A DNA stretch of 64,000 nt, from assembly GCA_965221125.1 (NCBI GenBank), contig CBDCRW010000004.1, positions 864,001 to 928,000 on the forward strand. Reading direction: 5' to 3'. Under the pieces are notes generated by a model. That model worked only from the letters and a program-made list of their open reading frames with translations. It had not been told where the DNA came from and did not search any database. Position numbers and translations under genes: made by a program. Numbering within the stretch: the stretch's first letter is position 1; each line of letters begins with the position of its first letter. This document shows, one piece after another, positions 8,807 through 17,384 of this stretch. This DNA comes from Alphaproteobacteria bacterium. GTDB lineage: Bacteria > Pseudomonadota > Alphaproteobacteria > UBA828.

Positions 8807-9562
8807 TCACTCGTGGCCGAGGTAGGCGGTGATGACCGCCTCGTTGGTCTGCACCTCGGCCGGGGTTCCGCGCGCGATGGTCCGCCCGCTGTCCAGCACG
8901 TGGATGCGCTCGCAGACGCCCATGATGACCCGCATGTTGTGTTCGATGAGCAGCACCCCGCAACCGAAGCGCTCGGGGATCTCGCGGACAAGGTGCATCA
9001 CGTCGTCGCATTCGAGGTCGGACATCCCGGCCGCCGGCTCGTCCAGCAGGACGAAGGCCGGGCTCATGGCGAGCGCGCGCGCGATGCCGACTCGGCGCTC
9101 GTCGGTGTACGGCAGCACGCCGGCGGGGTCCTGGGCCTGGTCGGCGAGGCCGATCCACTCCAGAATCTCCATCGCCTGCCGATGCGCCTTGCGCCGCGAG
9201 GCGCCGAGGCTCACCGCGGCGACCTCGACGTTCTCGCTCACCGGCATGTCGCGGAAGAGCCGCCCGGCCTGGAAGGTGCGGGCCACGCCGTGGCGCCTGA
9301 TCCAGTGGGGCGTCAGCTTCGAGATCACCTTGCCGCCGAGCAGCACCTCGCCCGCAGCGGGGACCTGGAAGCCGGTCATGGCGTTCACGAGCGTCGTCTT
9401 GCCCGCGCCGTTGGGGCCGATCAGGCCGAGGATCTCACCCTGGTGCAGGGTCTCGTCGACGTTGTCGACCGCGGTGAGGCCTTCGAAGCGCACGGTCACG
9501 CCGCGCGCTTCCAGCGTCTGGCCGTTCTGCCCTGCCGCCTCCGATCCGGCGTCCGTTGACAC
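8807..9562 (-). CDS. ABC transporter ATP-binding protein (LivG-like)
   Basis: GPNGAGKTT, ARTFQ, LLDEPAAGM, EHNM, AYLG; GTG start preceded by GGAGG. Confidence 0.88.
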   Translation of the reverse strand: MSTDAGSEAAGQNGQTLEARGVTVRFEGLTAVDNVDETLHQGEILGLIGPNGAGKTTLVNAMTGFQVPAAGEVLLGGKVISKLTPHWIRRHGVARTFQAGRLFRDMPVSENVEVAAVSLGASRRKAHRQAMEILEWIGLADQAQDPAGVLPYTDERRVGIARALAMSPAFVLLDEPAAGMSDLECDDVMHLVREIPERFGCGVLLIEHNMRVIMGVCERIHVLDSGRTIARGTPAEVQTNEAVITAYLGHE

Positions 9563-9803
9563 CAGTCGCCCTCCTGCTGCCTCGCCCGGTTCTTCGCGCC
9601 GCCGCGTCGACGACGCGGCCGCTCGGTCGCCCGCGTGGCCGCGTCTCCCTCGATAGCTACCGAAGGCACGGTCGCGAATCAACGGGGAAATCGTCCGCGC
9701 CCTCAATCGGGCTTGCAAAAGTCGCAGCCGCAATGACAATGCGTTGTCGTAAGGTGCTCGGCACCCGGCCGAGCGCAAGGATTCTCATGCAGGGAGGTCT
9801 CGG

Positions 9804-11021
9804 ATGAGAAAAGTCGTCTCACTAGCTGCTGCCGGTGCACTCGCGCTGGGCATGGCATCGGCCGCGCCGGCGATGGCGGACGATCACGAGGTCGTCTTCG
9901 GCTTCGCGGCGTCATACTCCGGCTGGATGCAGGCCTACAGCGGGCCGTCCACCAATGCAGCGTTGATCGCGATCGACGACTGGAACGCCAAGGGCGGTCT
10001 GCTCGGCAAGCAGATCAGGCCGGTCTTCGCCGATGGCAAGACCGACCGGGCCGAGGGAGCCAAGGCCGGGATCTCGGTGATCAACGACGGCGCCGTCGCG
10101 ATGGCGGTGGACTGCGACTACGACTTCGGCGCGCCCGCCGCGCTGCAGGCGCAGAACGCGGGCATCATTTCGATCTTCCTGTGTGCGGAGAGCGTGCTCG
10201 CCGGCATTCAGGGGATCGGCAAGTACTCCTTCTCGAGCTCGATCCTGGCCGCCGTGCAGGGCGCCACGATCGCCGAGTGGGGCTACAAGGTGAAGGGCTG
10301 GCGGACCGCCTACCTGCTCCTGGATGACGTGCTCGAGTACAACAAGGGCATCTGTTATGGCTTCGACTGGATGTGGCGCGAAGTGCTGGGCGCCGAGGTC
10401 GTCGGCCACGACGTCTACCAGAACGAGGACCCGAGCATCCAGGCCCAGGTCGACCGCATCCGGGCGCTGCCCGAAGAGCCCGACATCATCGAGAACTGCA
10501 GCTACATCCCGGGCGGGGCGAGCGCGATCAAGCAGATCCGCGCGGCCGGCATCAACGCGCCCATCGGCGGCGGCAGCTCGATGACCGGGGTCTACTGGCA
10601 GGATTCGGTGCCCGGTCTCTCCGGCCACTTCGTGCCCGAACAGGCGTCGATCTACGGCGACGATCCGCGCCCGGCGGTGCAGGAGTTCCTCAAGAAGTAC
10701 GAGGCCAAGTTCGGCGAGCCGGTGAACAACCAGTACGCCTTCCCCGGCTACGTGGTCTTCGAGATGTGGGCCAAGGCCGTCGAGAAGGCCGGCACCTTCG
10801 ACTCCGACGCGGTCGTCGAGGTGCTGGAGAGCTTCCGCGAGGAGCCGGTGCTGGTCGGCACGCGGACCTTCACGGACCAGCTCCACCATCAGAACTTCGC
10901 GCCCTATCTGATCGTGGAGACCACGAACAATCAGCCGGCGGTCGTCGACTCCTGGACCATCTCGGAGCCGGTGCCCATGGATGTGCTGTTCGGCAAGCGT
11001 TACGAGTACATCGCCCGCTAG
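9804..11021 (+). CDS. ABC transporter substrate-binding protein (LivK/periplasmic binding protein 6 family)
   Basis: Signal peptide ending AMA-D; AIDDWNAKGGLLGKQI; divergent from the livGFHM-like genes. Confidence 0.88.
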   Translation: MRKVVSLAAAGALALGMASAAPAMADDHEVVFGFAASYSGWMQAYSGPSTNAALIAIDDWNAKGGLLGKQIRPVFADGKTDRAEGAKAGISVINDGAVAMAVDCDYDFGAPAALQAQNAGIISIFLCAESVLAGIQGIGKYSFSSSILAAVQGATIAEWGYKVKGWRTAYLLLDDVLEYNKGICYGFDWMWREVLGAEVVGHDVYQNEDPSIQAQVDRIRALPEEPDIIENCSYIPGGASAIKQIRAAGINAPIGGGSSMTGVYWQDSVPGLSGHFVPEQASIYGDDPRPAVQEFLKKYEAKFGEPVNNQYAFPGYVVFEMWAKAVEKAGTFDSDAVVEVLESFREEPVLVGTRTFTDQLHHQNFAPYLIVETTNNQPAVVDSWTISEPVPMDVLFGKRYEYIAR

Positions 11022-11088
11022 GGTGGGCTGCCGGATAGCCGGAGCTGCGGCCGCTTGGCCGCGTCCCGGCCGTTCGGGTTTCGAAGCG

Positions 11089-11124
11089 ACGCCCCGTCCG
11101 GGCAACCGGGCGGGGCGTTTCCTT
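11089..11124 (+). terminator. Probable intrinsic terminator after the binding-protein gene
   Basis: ACGCCCCGTCCGG-GCAA-CCGGGCGGGGCGT hairpin followed by TTCCTT. Confidence 0.5.
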
Positions 11125-11222
11125 GAGCGAGAAGCGTCGCCGGCGCCGCGCGATCGAGGCGCGCGGTTGTCACCCCTGCGGCGCTTTGCGATGATCGGAG
11201 CAGGCGAGGCGGATCGAACGAC

Positions 11223-11804
11223 ATGGACACGAGCGGCGAAACAGGCGCGGGGCCCTATCTCGAAGGGCAATTGCTCGTCGCCATGCCGACGATGGCCGAT
11301 CCGCGTTTCGAGCACAGCGTCATCTACATGTGCGCCCACTCGGACGACGGCGCGATGGGCCTCGTCGTCAACAAGCTCCTCGAGTCGCTCAGCTTCTCGG
11401 ACCTTCTCGAGCAGCTCGAAATCGAGGCGGAGAGCGTGGACAAGCGCATCCGGGTGCATTTCGGCGGCCCGGTCGAATCCGCGCGGGGCTTCGTCCTCCA
11501 TTCCACCGACTACAGCCACGAAGCGACGATGCGCGTCGATGACAGCTTCGCGCTCACGGCCACGGTCGATGTGCTGAAGGCCATGGCCGAGGGCCGCGGC
11601 CCGCGCCTCAGCATGCTCGCGCTGGGCTACGCCGGCTGGGCGCCGGGTCAGCTCGACCGTGAAATTCAGGAGAACGGCTGGCTCACCGTGCCGGCGGACG
11701 AGGAGCTGGTCTTCGACGCGGCGCAGGACGGCAAGTGGGAGCGCGCCGTCGGCCGCCTCGGGTTCGACCCCGGCAACCTCTCGGGCTTCGCCGGCCGCGC
11801 CTGA
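11223..11804 (+). CDS. yqgE: YqgE/AlgH family protein (UPF0301)
   Basis: LEGQLLVAMP..DPRF, GAMGLVVN, GGPVE..RGFVLH, LGYAGWAPGQL..E..NGW. Confidence 0.92.
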   Translation: MDTSGETGAGPYLEGQLLVAMPTMADPRFEHSVIYMCAHSDDGAMGLVVNKLLESLSFSDLLEQLEIEAESVDKRIRVHFGGPVESARGFVLHSTDYSHEATMRVDDSFALTATVDVLKAMAEGRGPRLSMLALGYAGWAPGQLDREIQENGWLTVPADEELVFDAAQDGKWERAVGRLGFDPGNLSGFAGRA

Positions 11805-11813
11805 GCAGTCGGG

Positions 11814-12071
11814 CTACGCCGCCTTCTCGCTCTCGGTCTCCCGACGCGATGCAGGGCGCAAGATGTCGGTGGGCCACTCGAGGCCGGTCGGCCAGTGATC
11901 GCTCAGGTACTGGACCACGTTCTGTGCGACGCGGAGCGTGCAGCTCCGCCCCCCTTGCAGACGGGCGAAGAACTTGCCGTCTCCGGCCGCCAGGAAGCCC
12001 ACCCGCCACAGACTGACGCCGCGCGCGTCCGCGAAGCGCTGCCCAAGATCGACCAGGGACTGTTCATTCAT
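11814..12071 (-). CDS. Small Cro-like HTH protein of alphaproteobacterial phage type
   Basis: 85 aa; SLWRVGFLAAGDGKFFARLQGGRSCT..YLSDHWP..LEWP.DI.RP; divergent from a cI-like gene. Confidence 0.7.
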   Translation of the reverse strand: MNEQSLVDLGQRFADARGVSLWRVGFLAAGDGKFFARLQGGRSCTLRVAQNVVQYLSDHWPTGLEWPTDILRPASRRETESEKAA

Positions 12072-12087
12072 GCGCCCATGATAAGGC

Positions 12088-12202
12088 ACATATAACTCTG
12101 ATGACAGAGTGTATGTCCTCGATGTTTGTGACCTGCATGACGCGGCAACACTTCAATTTTTCAAGTCTGTTGCCTTCTCCGCACAAGGGAATTATCCCTT
12201 GT
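12088..12202. promoter_or_regulatory. Divergent promoter/operator region with palindromes
   Basis: ACTCTG-ATGA-CAGAGT (12095-12110), GGCAACA..TGTTGCC (12144-12174), ACAAGGGA-ATTA-TCCCTTGT (12183-12202); AT-rich relative to flanks. Confidence 0.55.
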
Positions 12203-12205
12203 AGC

Positions 12206-13036
12206 GTGGACGATATCCTCCGAGAGATCGACGACGCGCTGCGGCGCCACGGCATTTCTGCCAGGGCGGCCTCCATTCGGGCACATGGCTCGCCCGAGCT
12301 GATCCGGGACATGCGGCGCGGCCACGTCCCGTCCGTGGAGAGGCTGCGCTCGCTCTGCGAGGCTCTCGGCCTCGAGTTCTACGTGGGACGGCCTCGAGGG
12401 CTGGAAGGCGACGATGGCGCGGGCGTGCCCGACGTTTCGCTCCACTCGCTGGAGCGGATTGCTCGGGCCTTGGCGCAGCTCACGGCGGATGCCGGCGGCA
12501 ACCCGATTGCCGACGATCTCTGGCATGCCCTTTCCGCTCGTCGCTATGGCGACTTGACGGCGGACACGGCGTCGCGCCCGGTCCGCTACCTTACCGAGCG
12601 TCCGCCACCGGCGTATGGCGGCGAGGCGCGCGAAGCGCCATCGCCCGACCTGGTTCGGTTCGACATGACGGACGGCGCCGGCAACCGGCTGTCCACGGAG
12701 GGCGACGAAGACTCGTTGTGGATGAGCCGCGCGCTGCTGGAGAAACAAGGCCTCGATCCCGCACGCTGCAGCGCCGCCCGCGTTGAAGACGACTCCATGG
12801 AGCCCACGTTTCCGAACGGGTGCGGGGTCCTGGTCGATCACACGCGCACCGATTGGCAGCCTCCCTGCATCACGGTCGTGCGCACCGACGAGCGCGCAAT
12901 CGTTAGACGCGCCGCTCTGGATGAGGACGGCCAGCGCCTCATGAGGAGCGATCATCCGGGCTGGCCCGACGTTCCCTTGCCCGACAGGGCCGAGATCGTC
13001 GGGCAGGTGCGATGGGTGAACTGGTGGATGGCCTGA
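12206..13036 (+). CDS. cI/LexA-like repressor: N-terminal HTH plus C-terminal S24 peptidase-like domain
   Basis: ISARAAS..GSPELIRDMRRGHVPSVERLRSLCEALGLEFY; RVEDDSMEPTF..G..VLVD..SDHP..IVGQVRW; GTG start assumed. Confidence 0.8.
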   Translation: MDDILREIDDALRRHGISARAASIRAHGSPELIRDMRRGHVPSVERLRSLCEALGLEFYVGRPRGLEGDDGAGVPDVSLHSLERIARALAQLTADAGGNPIADDLWHALSARRYGDLTADTASRPVRYLTERPPPAYGGEAREAPSPDLVRFDMTDGAGNRLSTEGDEDSLWMSRALLEKQGLDPARCSAARVEDDSMEPTFPNGCGVLVDHTRTDWQPPCITVVRTDERAIVRRAALDEDGQRLMRSDHPGWPDVPLPDRAEIVGQVRWVNWWMA

Positions 13037-13136
13037 CGCAGCCCAGCGCGGCATTCGGCTGTCGGCTGCGGAGTGAATCGCGCCCCTGACGCTGGATCGC
13101 CAGGAGGGAACCCGCCTCAGGGCCGGCCAGTCGCGC

Positions 13137-13922
13137 TCAACCCTCGAAATGCACCTCCGCGGTGCCGATGGGGCCGAACTCGGCGGTTACCGTGTCGCCC
13201 GGCTGGCACTGCACCACGTCCGCAGCGCTGCCGGTGGTCACGACGTGGCCGGCTTCGAGCGCAATGCCGCGCGCGCTCAAGTGATTGGCAAGCCAGACCA
13301 TGACGTTCCACGGGTCGCCGAGGACGTTGGACCCTGCGCCTTCGCTCGCCACCTCGCCGTTTACGCGGACGATCACGGGTTGGCCGGCGAGGTCGTGGTC
13401 GAGCCCGCCCGCCGCCGCAGGCCCCAGGCAGAGCATGCGGCCGATGGCGTTGTCGCCGATCAGGTCTTCCGCGTGCATGGAGAGCCAGTCGGAGTAGCGC
13501 GAATCCGGCACCTCGATGGCGGGATGGACGCTCGCCACCGCCGCCCGCACCTCGTCCCGCGTATAGGGCGCGTCGCGCGGGGGCAGCGCGCCGCCCATGA
13601 CGAAGTCGAACTCCGCCTCGATGGCGTAGAAGTTGACCGTGTTCGCGGGCACGGTGAGCGGGCTCCCGCCCACGAAGTCGCCGAAGATGCGGCCGGAGAA
13701 CGGGGCGTCCACGCCGAAGCGCGCCTGCACTTGCGCGTTGGTGGCGCCGATCTTGTAGCCCGCGACGGCAAGCCCGGCGCTTGTCGCGAGCCCGTCCTGC
13801 ACCGCGTAGGCCTCGTCGAGCGTCCCCGGCCGGCAGTCGTCCGGCAACGCGTCGATCTGCCTGCGCCCCTGCCAGGCCTCCCAGAGCAGCGCGCCGCCGC
13901 GTTCAGCCGCCTCTCGGTCCAT
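13137..13922 (-). CDS. 2-keto-4-pentenoate hydratase / FAH-superfamily protein
   Basis: AYAVQ, GYKIGATN, EAEF, PAIEVPDSR, DNA, WLANHL, VTTGS. Confidence 0.88.
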   Translation of the reverse strand: MDREAAERGGALLWEAWQGRRQIDALPDDCRPGTLDEAYAVQDGLATSAGLAVAGYKIGATNAQVQARFGVDAPFSGRIFGDFVGGSPLTVPANTVNFYAIEAEFDFVMGGALPPRDAPYTRDEVRAAVASVHPAIEVPDSRYSDWLSMHAEDLIGDNAIGRMLCLGPAAAGGLDHDLAGQPVIVRVNGEVASEGAGSNVLGDPWNVMVWLANHLSARGIALEAGHVVTTGSAADVVQCQPGDTVTAEFGPIGTAEVHFEG

Positions 13923-13957
13923 TCGCTCTCTCCTTGACGTACCGCCTTGCTGGGCCG

Positions 13958-14707
13958 TCACGCCGCCGGGCGGCGCTTGGCGCGGGCGCCCATCAGGCGC
14001 GTGAAGTTGCGGAACAGCCGGCTGCCGTTCGCCCGCAGCGTCCCTTCTTCGCGCGCCGCCGCGGCGACCATGCGCTCGAACGCTCCGGCGCCCTGCTCGC
14101 GCTCCAGCGCTTCGACGTAGGCGGGGAAGAGCTCCGTGCCGCGCACCAGGTCCGCGTCCACCTCCATGTGGAACTGCACGCCGTACGCCCGCTCAGCCAG
14201 CCGGAACGCCTGGTTCGCGCAGGCCGGCGACGATGCGAGCAGGACTGCCTCGGGCGGCAGCGCGGTCACCGCGTTCAGGTGCCACTGCATGGTGAGCGGG
14301 GCAGGCGGCATGCCTGCAAAGAGCGGGTCGGCGATGCCCTCCGCCGTGAGCGCCACGTCGAGGATGCCGACCTCGCCCTCGTCGAGCACTCCCACGGTGC
14401 CGCCGTGGGCGTCGGCGAGCAGCTGGCAGCCGAGGCAGACGCCGAGCACCGGCATGCCGCGCGCCACCGCGTCCCGCAGCAGCGCCTTCTCGGGCCGGAG
14501 CCAGGGATGGAGGTGCTCCTCGTCGGCCTGCTGCGGCCCGCCCATGGCGAGCACGGCACCAAAGCCGTCGAGCACCGGCAGCGGCTCGCCCTGCCACGGA
14601 TCGCAGGTCTGCCAGGCGATCCCCGCCTCGTCCATCACCTCGCCGAAGACACCCGGAACGTCGATCTCCGAATGCTGGATGACGAGGACCGGCTCCTGTG
14701 CCGCCAT
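13958..14707 (-). CDS. Type 1 glutamine amidotransferase (GMP-synthase-like)
   Basis: MGGP, PVLGVCLGCQLLA, QWH, GVQFHME catalytic-triad motifs. Confidence 0.88.
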   Translation of the reverse strand: MAAQEPVLVIQHSEIDVPGVFGEVMDEAGIAWQTCDPWQGEPLPVLDGFGAVLAMGGPQQADEEHLHPWLRPEKALLRDAVARGMPVLGVCLGCQLLADAHGGTVGVLDEGEVGILDVALTAEGIADPLFAGMPPAPLTMQWHLNAVTALPPEAVLLASSPACANQAFRLAERAYGVQFHMEVDADLVRGTELFPAYVEALEREQGAGAFERMVAAAAREEGTLRANGSRLFRNFTRLMGARAKRRPAA

Positions 14708-14709
14708 CC

Positions 14710-15852
14710 CTACCAGAGCCGGTCGGAGGCCAGCGCCGCGCCCTCGGCGAGCGTGCGGAGCTTCGCGTAGCAGATGGCCGGGTCGATCTTGCCGAAGCCC
14801 GCGAAGGTGGCGAAGCCGCAGTCGGCGCCGGCGAGCACACGCTCGCGCCCGACGATGTCGGCGAAGCGGCAGATGCGCTCCGCCACCAGCGCCGGGTGCT
14901 CGACGAAGTTCGAGACCGAGTCGATCACGCCGGGGATCAGCACCTTGTCCTCGGGCACGCCGCGCTCGGCGAAGACGCACCACTCGTGGGCGTGGCGCGG
15001 GTTCGCGGCCTCGAAGGAGATCGCCTGCGGCTTCGCCTTCATCACCACGTCGTAGATGGCATCCAGCTCGATGTCGCAGACGTGCGGCCCCTCGTAGTTG
15101 CCCCAGCACAGGTGAAGCCGCGCGGCCTCGGCGGGCACGTTCTCCAGCGCGTGGTTGAGCGCCTCCACCTGCTGCTCGGCATGGGCGACGAAGGCCTCGT
15201 CGCTCTCGTCCGAATACATGGTGTGCCGGCCCATGGCGAGGTCGGGGCAATCGAGCTGGATCACGAAGCCCGCCGCGTGGATCGCCTCGTATTCGGCCCG
15301 CATGATGTCGGCCAGCGCCTCCAGGTAGGCGTCCTCGTTCGGATAGTGGCTGTTCGGCTGGAACACCGAGATCACGCCGGGGGACGCAGCGTTCATGAAG
15401 CCCTCGGCGGCGCCCGAGCCCTCCAGCGCCGCAGCCATGTTGGCGATGTCCTTCTCCAGCGGCGCCTCGTCCTTGATGCTGATCTCGCCGGTGCACATGG
15501 CGCGCTTCAGCTTGGGCGTCTGGCCTTGCGATGCGATGCGCTGCACGTACTCGGGGTAGAGCGCGAGGTCCGCCGGCACCCGGCGCGGGCTGTCACCGGA
15601 GAAGCCGTTGAGGCGGTCCTTGATGTAGGTGGAATAGCCGATCTTGCTCATCTCGCCGTCGGAGACGACGTCGATGCCAACGTCCACCTGCTGGCGCACC
15701 ACGGCGGCGACGGCGCCCGTCATGCAGGCGTCGAAGGCGGCCGGGTCGGCGAGCGTGCCCTCCTCCTTGGCGAGCAGCATCTCGGAGACGTCGGGCGGCC
15801 GGGGCAGGCTGCCGACATGCGTGGTGAGGATGCGCTCGGTGCTGAGCTTCAT
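14710..15852 (-). CDS. Cobalamin-independent methionine synthase II family protein
   Basis: ILTTHVGSLPRP, SDGE, HLCWGNYEGPH, DCGF Zn-ligand motifs. Confidence 0.9.
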   Translation of the reverse strand: MKLSTERILTTHVGSLPRPPDVSEMLLAKEEGTLADPAAFDACMTGAVAAVVRQQVDVGIDVVSDGEMSKIGYSTYIKDRLNGFSGDSPRRVPADLALYPEYVQRIASQGQTPKLKRAMCTGEISIKDEAPLEKDIANMAAALEGSGAAEGFMNAASPGVISVFQPNSHYPNEDAYLEALADIMRAEYEAIHAAGFVIQLDCPDLAMGRHTMYSDESDEAFVAHAEQQVEALNHALENVPAEAARLHLCWGNYEGPHVCDIELDAIYDVVMKAKPQAISFEAANPRHAHEWCVFAERGVPEDKVLIPGVIDSVSNFVEHPALVAERICRFADIVGRERVLAGADCGFATFAGFGKIDPAICYAKLRTLAEGAALASDRLW

Positions 15853-15991
15853 GCCGTCCTCCCTCGATCCTCCCAGCGGGACAGGCAGCGGATCGCCCGG
15901 ACTATACGCAGAAGCGGCGACGGCCGCACGCTTGACCGGCATCCTGCGCAGGCGTAACCCATCGCCGGATACCAACGGGGCCTGGCGCATC

Positions 15992-17371
15992 ATGGACGAG
16001 CGGCAACAACTCCTCGCGGCGGTCGAGGCATTCTGCGCGCGCGAGGGCATGGCGCCCACCACCTTCGGCCGCAAGGCGATGGGCGACGGGCGTTTCGTCG
16101 GCAGGCTTCGCGACGGCCGGAAGGTGCGGGAGGCGACTCTGGCGCGGGCGCGGCAGTTCCTCACGGATCACGGGGCGGCGGTCTCGAAGGGCACCGGCGC
16201 GGCGGGCGCTTCGGCAACTCAAGATACCGGGACCGACGACAGCGACGGGAAGGGCGCCTTCCGCTTCTACGACAACCGCCAAAAATACCTGATGTTCGTC
16301 AACACCTGCAGCGAGAAGTGGGCGGTGGCCGAGCGCGCAGGCCTCGAGCTCGGGCACGTCCACCCCAGGCCGCCGGCGCTCCGGGTGTTCGACGCCGGCA
16401 TGGGCGACGGCACCGTGCTCACCGGCGTCATGCGGCAGATGCACCGGCGCTTCCCGACGATGCCGTTCTACATCGTGGGCAAGGAGATATCGGTCGAGGA
16501 CGTGCGCCTCGGCCTTGAGAAGATGCCGGACCGGCTGTTCGAGCATCCGGCGACGGTGCTGGTGATGACCAACATGCATTACTCCGAGGCGCCCGCGCTG
16601 CAGCCTCGCTCCATGCAGGCGGCGTCGACACTGAACTGGATGGAGATCCCGCTCTCGGGCAACACCTCCCACGAGTTCCACGAGCAGATCGCCGACCTTC
16701 AGCCGACCCTCGCCGATACCTGGCGCGTGCGCCCGAGCCCGAAGACGGGCAATCCGCTCTATGCCCGCGCGTCGGTGCTGGTGCTCTACCGCGAGGACCA
16801 CAAGTTCCTGCTCGACCCCGTGATTCCGCGCCCCGGCCGCGCCAGCGACGGCTACGACCTAGTCATCGCCTCGCAACCCTACCGGGCGCGGATGCACGCC
16901 GACTTCAAGGTGCAGAAGGTCCTGGCGCCGCTCGCCCGCAGCCTCGGTCCTGGCGGCCGGCTGCTCTGCATCCAGTCCCACGGCGGCGATCCCGGCATGG
17001 AGATCATCCGCAGGATCTGGCCCGACGAGCACCCCTTCCAGACCGACAGACACGTGCTGCTCAAGGCGCTCAAGGCCGAGATCGGCAAGAGCCGGCGCAA
17101 CCTCAACTACAACGCCTATTCCGACCGGCGCGCGATCTTCCGCTACGACATGCACACGCTGCCGACGGAAATCGAGGGCTCCAGCATCGGCACGTCGACG
17201 CTGTTCGCGGCGTGGAACGCGGCCATCTACGTCGCCCAGATCGAGGACGCGCGGCTGGAGGGCGTGGTCGCCGACGGCTCCTACCTGGATGCCACGCGCT
17301 CGGTTCTCAGCAATCGCGGCGGGCTCTGGTTCTACGACGAATCCTTCGTGGTCTCCCGCCGCCGCGATTGA
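15992..17371 (+). CDS. Hypothetical protein: Cro-like HTH fused to a class I SAM-methyltransferase-like domain
   Basis: N-terminal GMAPTTFGRKAMGDGRFVGRLRDGR; then RVFDAGMGDG (motif I) and YDLVIASQPY; typical codon usage. Confidence 0.75.
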   Translation: MDERQQLLAAVEAFCAREGMAPTTFGRKAMGDGRFVGRLRDGRKVREATLARARQFLTDHGAAVSKGTGAAGASATQDTGTDDSDGKGAFRFYDNRQKYLMFVNTCSEKWAVAERAGLELGHVHPRPPALRVFDAGMGDGTVLTGVMRQMHRRFPTMPFYIVGKEISVEDVRLGLEKMPDRLFEHPATVLVMTNMHYSEAPALQPRSMQAASTLNWMEIPLSGNTSHEFHEQIADLQPTLADTWRVRPSPKTGNPLYARASVLVLYREDHKFLLDPVIPRPGRASDGYDLVIASQPYRARMHADFKVQKVLAPLARSLGPGGRLLCIQSHGGDPGMEIIRRIWPDEHPFQTDRHVLLKALKAEIGKSRRNLNYNAYSDRRAIFRYDMHTLPTEIEGSSIGTSTLFAAWNAAIYVAQIEDARLEGVVADGSYLDATRSVLSNRGGLWFYDESFVVSRRRD

Positions 17372-17384
17372 CGGCTGCGTTGCG

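Noticed and set aside
11814-13036. Prophage call
   Set aside because: No integrase, replication, structural or lysis genes adjacent.
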